This document shows, piece after piece, positions 47,908 to 52,160 of a DNA stretch of 52,160 nucleotides (its first letter is position 1; every line of letters starts with the position of its first letter). This DNA comes from Chiloscyllium plagiosum (lineage: Eukaryota). A program made the translations under genes and the position numbers. The notes beneath the pieces were generated by a model that did no database searches, was not told the origin of the DNA, and was given only the letters and a program-made list of their open reading frames with translations. The stretch spans positions 32,763,469 through 32,815,628 of the forward strand of contig NC_057717.1 in assembly GCF_004010195.1 (NCBI RefSeq), in the 5' to 3' direction.

Positions 47908-49997
47908 GTGATTATAATCAAATAATTCACACAGCAAGCAGCCAAAGATGTTTTGTGAAATATAGAAGTGTGCCACTGAATACAACTCAGAACCTNNNNN
48001 NNNNNNNNNNNNNNNNNNNNNNNNNNNNNNNNNNNNNNNNNNNNNNNNNNNNNNNNNNNNNNNNNNNNNNNNNNNNNNNNNNNNNNNNNNNNNNNNNNNN
48101 NNNNNNNNNNNNNNNNNNNNNNNNNNNNNNNNNNNNNNNNNNNNNNNNNNNNNNNNNNNNNNNNNNNNNNNNNNNNNNNNNNNNNNNNNNNNNNNNNNNN
48201 NNNNNNNNNNNNNNNNNNNNNNNNNNNNNNNNNNNNNNNNNNNNNNNNNNNNNNNNNNNNNNNNNNNNNNNNNNNNNNNNNNNNNNNNNNNNNNNNNNNN
48301 NNNNNNNNNNNNNNNNNNNNNNNNNNNNNNNNNNNNNNNNNNNNNNNNNNNNNNNNNNNNNNNNNNNNNNNNNNNNNNNNNNNNNNNNNNNNNNNNNNNN
48401 NNNNNNNNNNNNNNNNNNNNNNNNNNNNNNNNNNNNNNNNNNNNNNNNNNNNNNNNNNNNNNNNNNNNNNNNNNNNNNNNNNNNNNNNNNNNNNNNNNNN
48501 NNNNNNNNNNNNNNNNNNNNNNNNNNNNNNNNNNNNNNNNNNNNNNNNNNNNNNNNNNNNNNNNNNNNNNNNNNNNNNNNNNNNNNNNNNNNNNNNNNNN
48601 NNNNNNNNNNNNNNNNNNNNNNNNNNNNNNNNNNNNNNNNNNNNNNNNNNNNNNNNNNNNNNNNNNNNNNNNNNNNNNNNNNNNNNNNNNNNNNNNNNNN
48701 NNNNNNNNNNNNNNNNNNNNNNNNNNNNNNNNNNNNNNNNNNNNNNNNNNNNNNNNNNNNNNNNNNNNNNNNNNNNNATATGCACTAACTTTGAGTATGC
48801 TTAGTTCTTTCTTCGAGGCCAATACATAAAAAATACATTTTTCCAAGTTTACACATTCCACTCCCTTCTCAGCAAACACCTTTCACTTGACTTGTCTAGT
48901 TGTGTTTCATACAGTTATTTAGGTTAATTCTGCGCCACCATGTGGACCACTCATATAATTGCATTTCTCACACTGTCTGTCTTACGGAATTCTCCAGAGG
49001 CAGAATGGTTAGAGACCATGTCCTCTTAAGCACAAATCGTCACGCCCACGGGTCACATAATAATAAAAATCAGGAACGTTGCTCACAGAAATCTATGAGA
49101 GGCAGGCAAATGAATGAGGAAGTTGAGTCTGTTTAAACTAAAAGTACTCCCAATGTCGGGACAGGCTGGTTTATTAATGCATAAATCGGCACTCGGATGT
49201 CCAATTAAACGTTTATCGGTCAAAAATGTCAACGTTCAGTCAGACATGCAGGCACAACACATGGAGAAACGTTGGGCGGATTCTCTCAACTGGAGTTTCT
49301 CGCACACATATGACTCGTGGAGCATAAATTCTAGGATCTATTTGACACACCACACCTCTCAAATCCCATTAAGTGAGGCTCAGATATGTCTTATACATAC
49401 AGAAACCCACAAAAATCATAAATCACACCTCGATTTGGATCAGGCCAGGTAGAAATCAGATGTACAGGCAGAATTCAGCACCAATCATTTCAATTGGNNN
49501 NNNNNNNNNNNNNNNNNNNNNNNNNNNNNNNNNNNNNNNNNNNNNNNNNNNNNNNNNNNNNNNNNNNNNNNNNNNNNNNNNNNNNNNNNNNNNNNNNNNN
49601 NNNNNNNNNNNNNNNNNNNNNNNNNNNNNNNNNNNNNNNNNNNNNNNNNNNNNNNNNNNNNNNNNNNNNNNNNNNNNNNNNNNNNNNNNNNNNNNNNNNN
49701 NNNNNNNNNNNNNNNNNNNNNNNNNNNNNNNNNNNNNNNNNNNNNNNNNNNNNNNNNNNNNNNNNNNNNNNNNNNNNNNNNNNNNNNNNNNNNNNNNNNN
49801 NNNNNNNNNNNNNNNNNNNNNNNNNNNNNNNNNNNNNNNNNNNNNNNNNNNNNNNNNNNNNNNNNNNNNNNNNNNNNNNNNNNNNNNNNNNNNNNNNNNN
49901 NNNNNNNNNNNNNNNNNNNNNNNNNNNNNNNNNNNNNNNNNNNNNNNNNNNNNNNNNNNNNNNNNNNNNNNNNNNNNNNNNNNNNNNNNNNNNNNNN

Positions 49998-50215
49998 ATA
50001 ATCTTATGTAACCTTCTTCACCTTCTATGATATAACTAATCTTTGTGTCATCCAAAAACTTGCTCACCATGCCTTCTATTATTTACATACAATTTATTGA
50101 TACAAAAGACAACCAAAAGTGGATCCAGCACCAATCCCTGTGGAGCGCCGCTGGTCACAAGCCTCCAGTCCAACAGACAACCCTCCTCTCCTTCCCTCTG
50201 TCTGCCGCCAATGAG
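49998..50215 (-). mobile_element. CR1 RT fragment
   Basis: DWRLVTSGAPQGLVLDPL and MVSKFLDDTKI. Confidence 0.8.
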
Positions 50216-51009
50216 CAGAAGCACACACACACATACAGAATATAGAGACAAAGAACAGTTCTGTCTTTAAGGCAGAGATAGATATGTTTTGATTGATAAG
50301 GGAATCAAGCATTACAGTCAGAAGGGAGAATTTTGTTGCAAAACATGTCAGCCATGTTAGAACATCTGATCAGACTCGGTGGACCAAACAGTCTAGTTCT
50401 GCACCAATTTCGTACGCTCTATGGTTTACGTTTTCTGAAATGTCTACCCAAGAGAGCGGTGAGACTGAGTTTGATAAATACTTTACTGAACAGAGTCAAT
50501 GGGAATGTGGGACAGGTTTGAGGGGCTGAATGGTCCATTTCTTTCCTATTTGCTGTGCCTGCATGTCTAAAAAAAGAAAAGGTAACTGGCTGTGAAGTTC
50601 ATAAAGTTTTAATTTAGATGCTCCCCCATTGAAGATTGAGATAAGGATGTTCTCATTTCCTTAGGGTTGTGCTGTCTGAGGTATTCTCATCCCCAGGGAA
50701 CAGTGAAGACTGGGTCATTGAAGATATTCAAGGCTGACCTTGACTGACCTTTGTTGTACAGGGGAGTCATGTGTTTATTGGGAATAGACAGGAAAAGAGT
50801 TTTCATCCGCAAACAGACCAGCCAGGATCTTTATAAACTGAGCAGCCGGCTGGAGCTGTTATCTCATTTGTTGTTTCTCACTGCACCCCTTGAGCCTGTT
50901 ACAGAGGGAGAGGAAGATCTCATTCAACCAGACAGTATCACTGCAATGAGGCAGGAGGAGCCCATTCTGCCTCTCTTAGGAGATACGCAGGAATAGAATG
51001 AAGGATTCA

Positions 51010-51385
51010 GTCATAGAGCAATAGAGAAATACATCAGGGAAACAGACTCTTTGATCCAATTCAGCCGTGCCAACCAGATGTAGTTTAGTCTCATTTGCCA
51101 GCATTTCGCCCATATCCCTCTGAATCATTCCTTTCCATATAACCATCTGGATGACATTAAATATTATAGTCACACCAGCCTCCATCACTTCCTCTGGCAG
51201 CTCATTCCATACACATACCATACTCTGTGTGAACAATTTGACCCTTAGGTCCCTTTGATATCCTTCCCGTCTCACCTTAAACCTATGCCCCCTAGTTCTG
51301 CACTCCCTTACCCAAGGAAAAATGTCTTGCCTATTTCCCATATCCATGCCCCTCGTAATTTTATAAACATCTATAAGGTCACCTC
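51010..51385 (-). mobile_element. CR1 3'-end fragment
   Basis: LRGDLIDVYKITRGMD...RTRGHRFKVR...FTQSMVCVWNELPEEV. Confidence 0.85.
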
Positions 51386-51879
51386 TCAAAGACAAGAGGT
51401 TATTTTAATGTGTAGTGCCACCGACAATTTTTCAATACAGCACAACAGCCAAAAATGAAATTAATGATTAAGATTATTTGTTGTGTTGTTAAGGGGATGC
51501 ATGTTAATTAGGCTAATAGAAAATCTGCCCTCTTCCTCAGTGTCTGAAGGTCAAAATTGAGCACATGACTGATATTGCAGAATGGTTCTGTTGCTGCATC
51601 TGAAAGACCACATTTTTAACCGGGTAGTGATCCCCCCAAATCTTAGTCTATTTTCTGTGCTCATCTTTTAAACTCTCAGGGATCAGGATTATTGACGTTA
51701 CGAACTACACGTGATCATCTGACAACAAATGGTCTGAAGGAGGATCACTGAGATCAGAAACCAATCGACACTCAGCTACACAGCATAGCAGGAAGCCATG
51801 CAACCTTTCTGGGCAGGTGCACAGGAACAAGGAAGCTCTGGTTAGCTACCAGGAATTGCAGAGTAGAGACAATTACTTA

Positions 51880-52160
51880 TTTTCAGGTTGGAAAGCTGTC
51901 ACTAGTGGAATTCCTCAGGGATCAGTGTGAGGTCATCAATAGTTTACAACCCAGATTATTGATTTGGATGAACTTGTTAAATGGACTGGAGCTCAATTTG
52001 CTCATACAGCAAAACAGACATTCAATAAGATGTCAAGTTGAGACACGGTGTCTGCAATGGGATTCCGACAGGCGAGTCGTAAGCAAACCTTCAGCAAAAA
52101 AAAAATGTCGGTGATGGGAAGTTTGTGTTTTGGAGGAAGCATAAAACAACAGTAAATTAT
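51880..52160 (+). mobile_element. Highly degenerate CR1 RT fragment
   Basis: ttttcaggttggaaagctgtcactagtggaattcctcagggatcagtg, encoding FSGWKAVTSGIPQGSV. Confidence 0.7.

Larger units (their letters stand above)
30297..47995 (+). repeat. Segmental tandem duplication unit 3 (IgM constant-region block, continuing to TM1)
   Basis: Collinear with 9417 onward. Confidence 0.9.

Overview
Eukaryotic DNA from a cartilaginous fish (shark) draft assembly with seven N-gaps. The window holds three tandem, + strand, roughly 19-21 kb copies of an IgM heavy-chain constant region. Copy 1 shows the Cmu2 3' part and the Cmu3 start; copy 2 shows Cmu1-Cmu4 with the secretory tail; copy 3 shows Cmu1-Cmu4, the secretory tail and an intact TM1 exon. 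No V, D or J segment or RSS is visible. All copies look pseudogenic. The same antisense CR1 LINE sits in Cmu2 at the same junction in each (both halves seen in copies 2 and 3, with a GCAA duplication), and there are further shared and copy-specific frameshifts and stops. About 1.0-1.2 kb upstream of each Cmu1 is a G-rich array of about 20 x 32 bp that is dense in RGYW motifs and resembles a switch region in position and composition. The introns carry CR1 and Rex/Babar LINE remnants and Penelope-like elements, several with minimal hammerhead-ribozyme cores. Internal tandem duplications and Penelope-associated rearrangements scramble the Cmu4 region. A degenerate, unidentified minus-strand coding remnant lies at about 7.0-7.9 kb.
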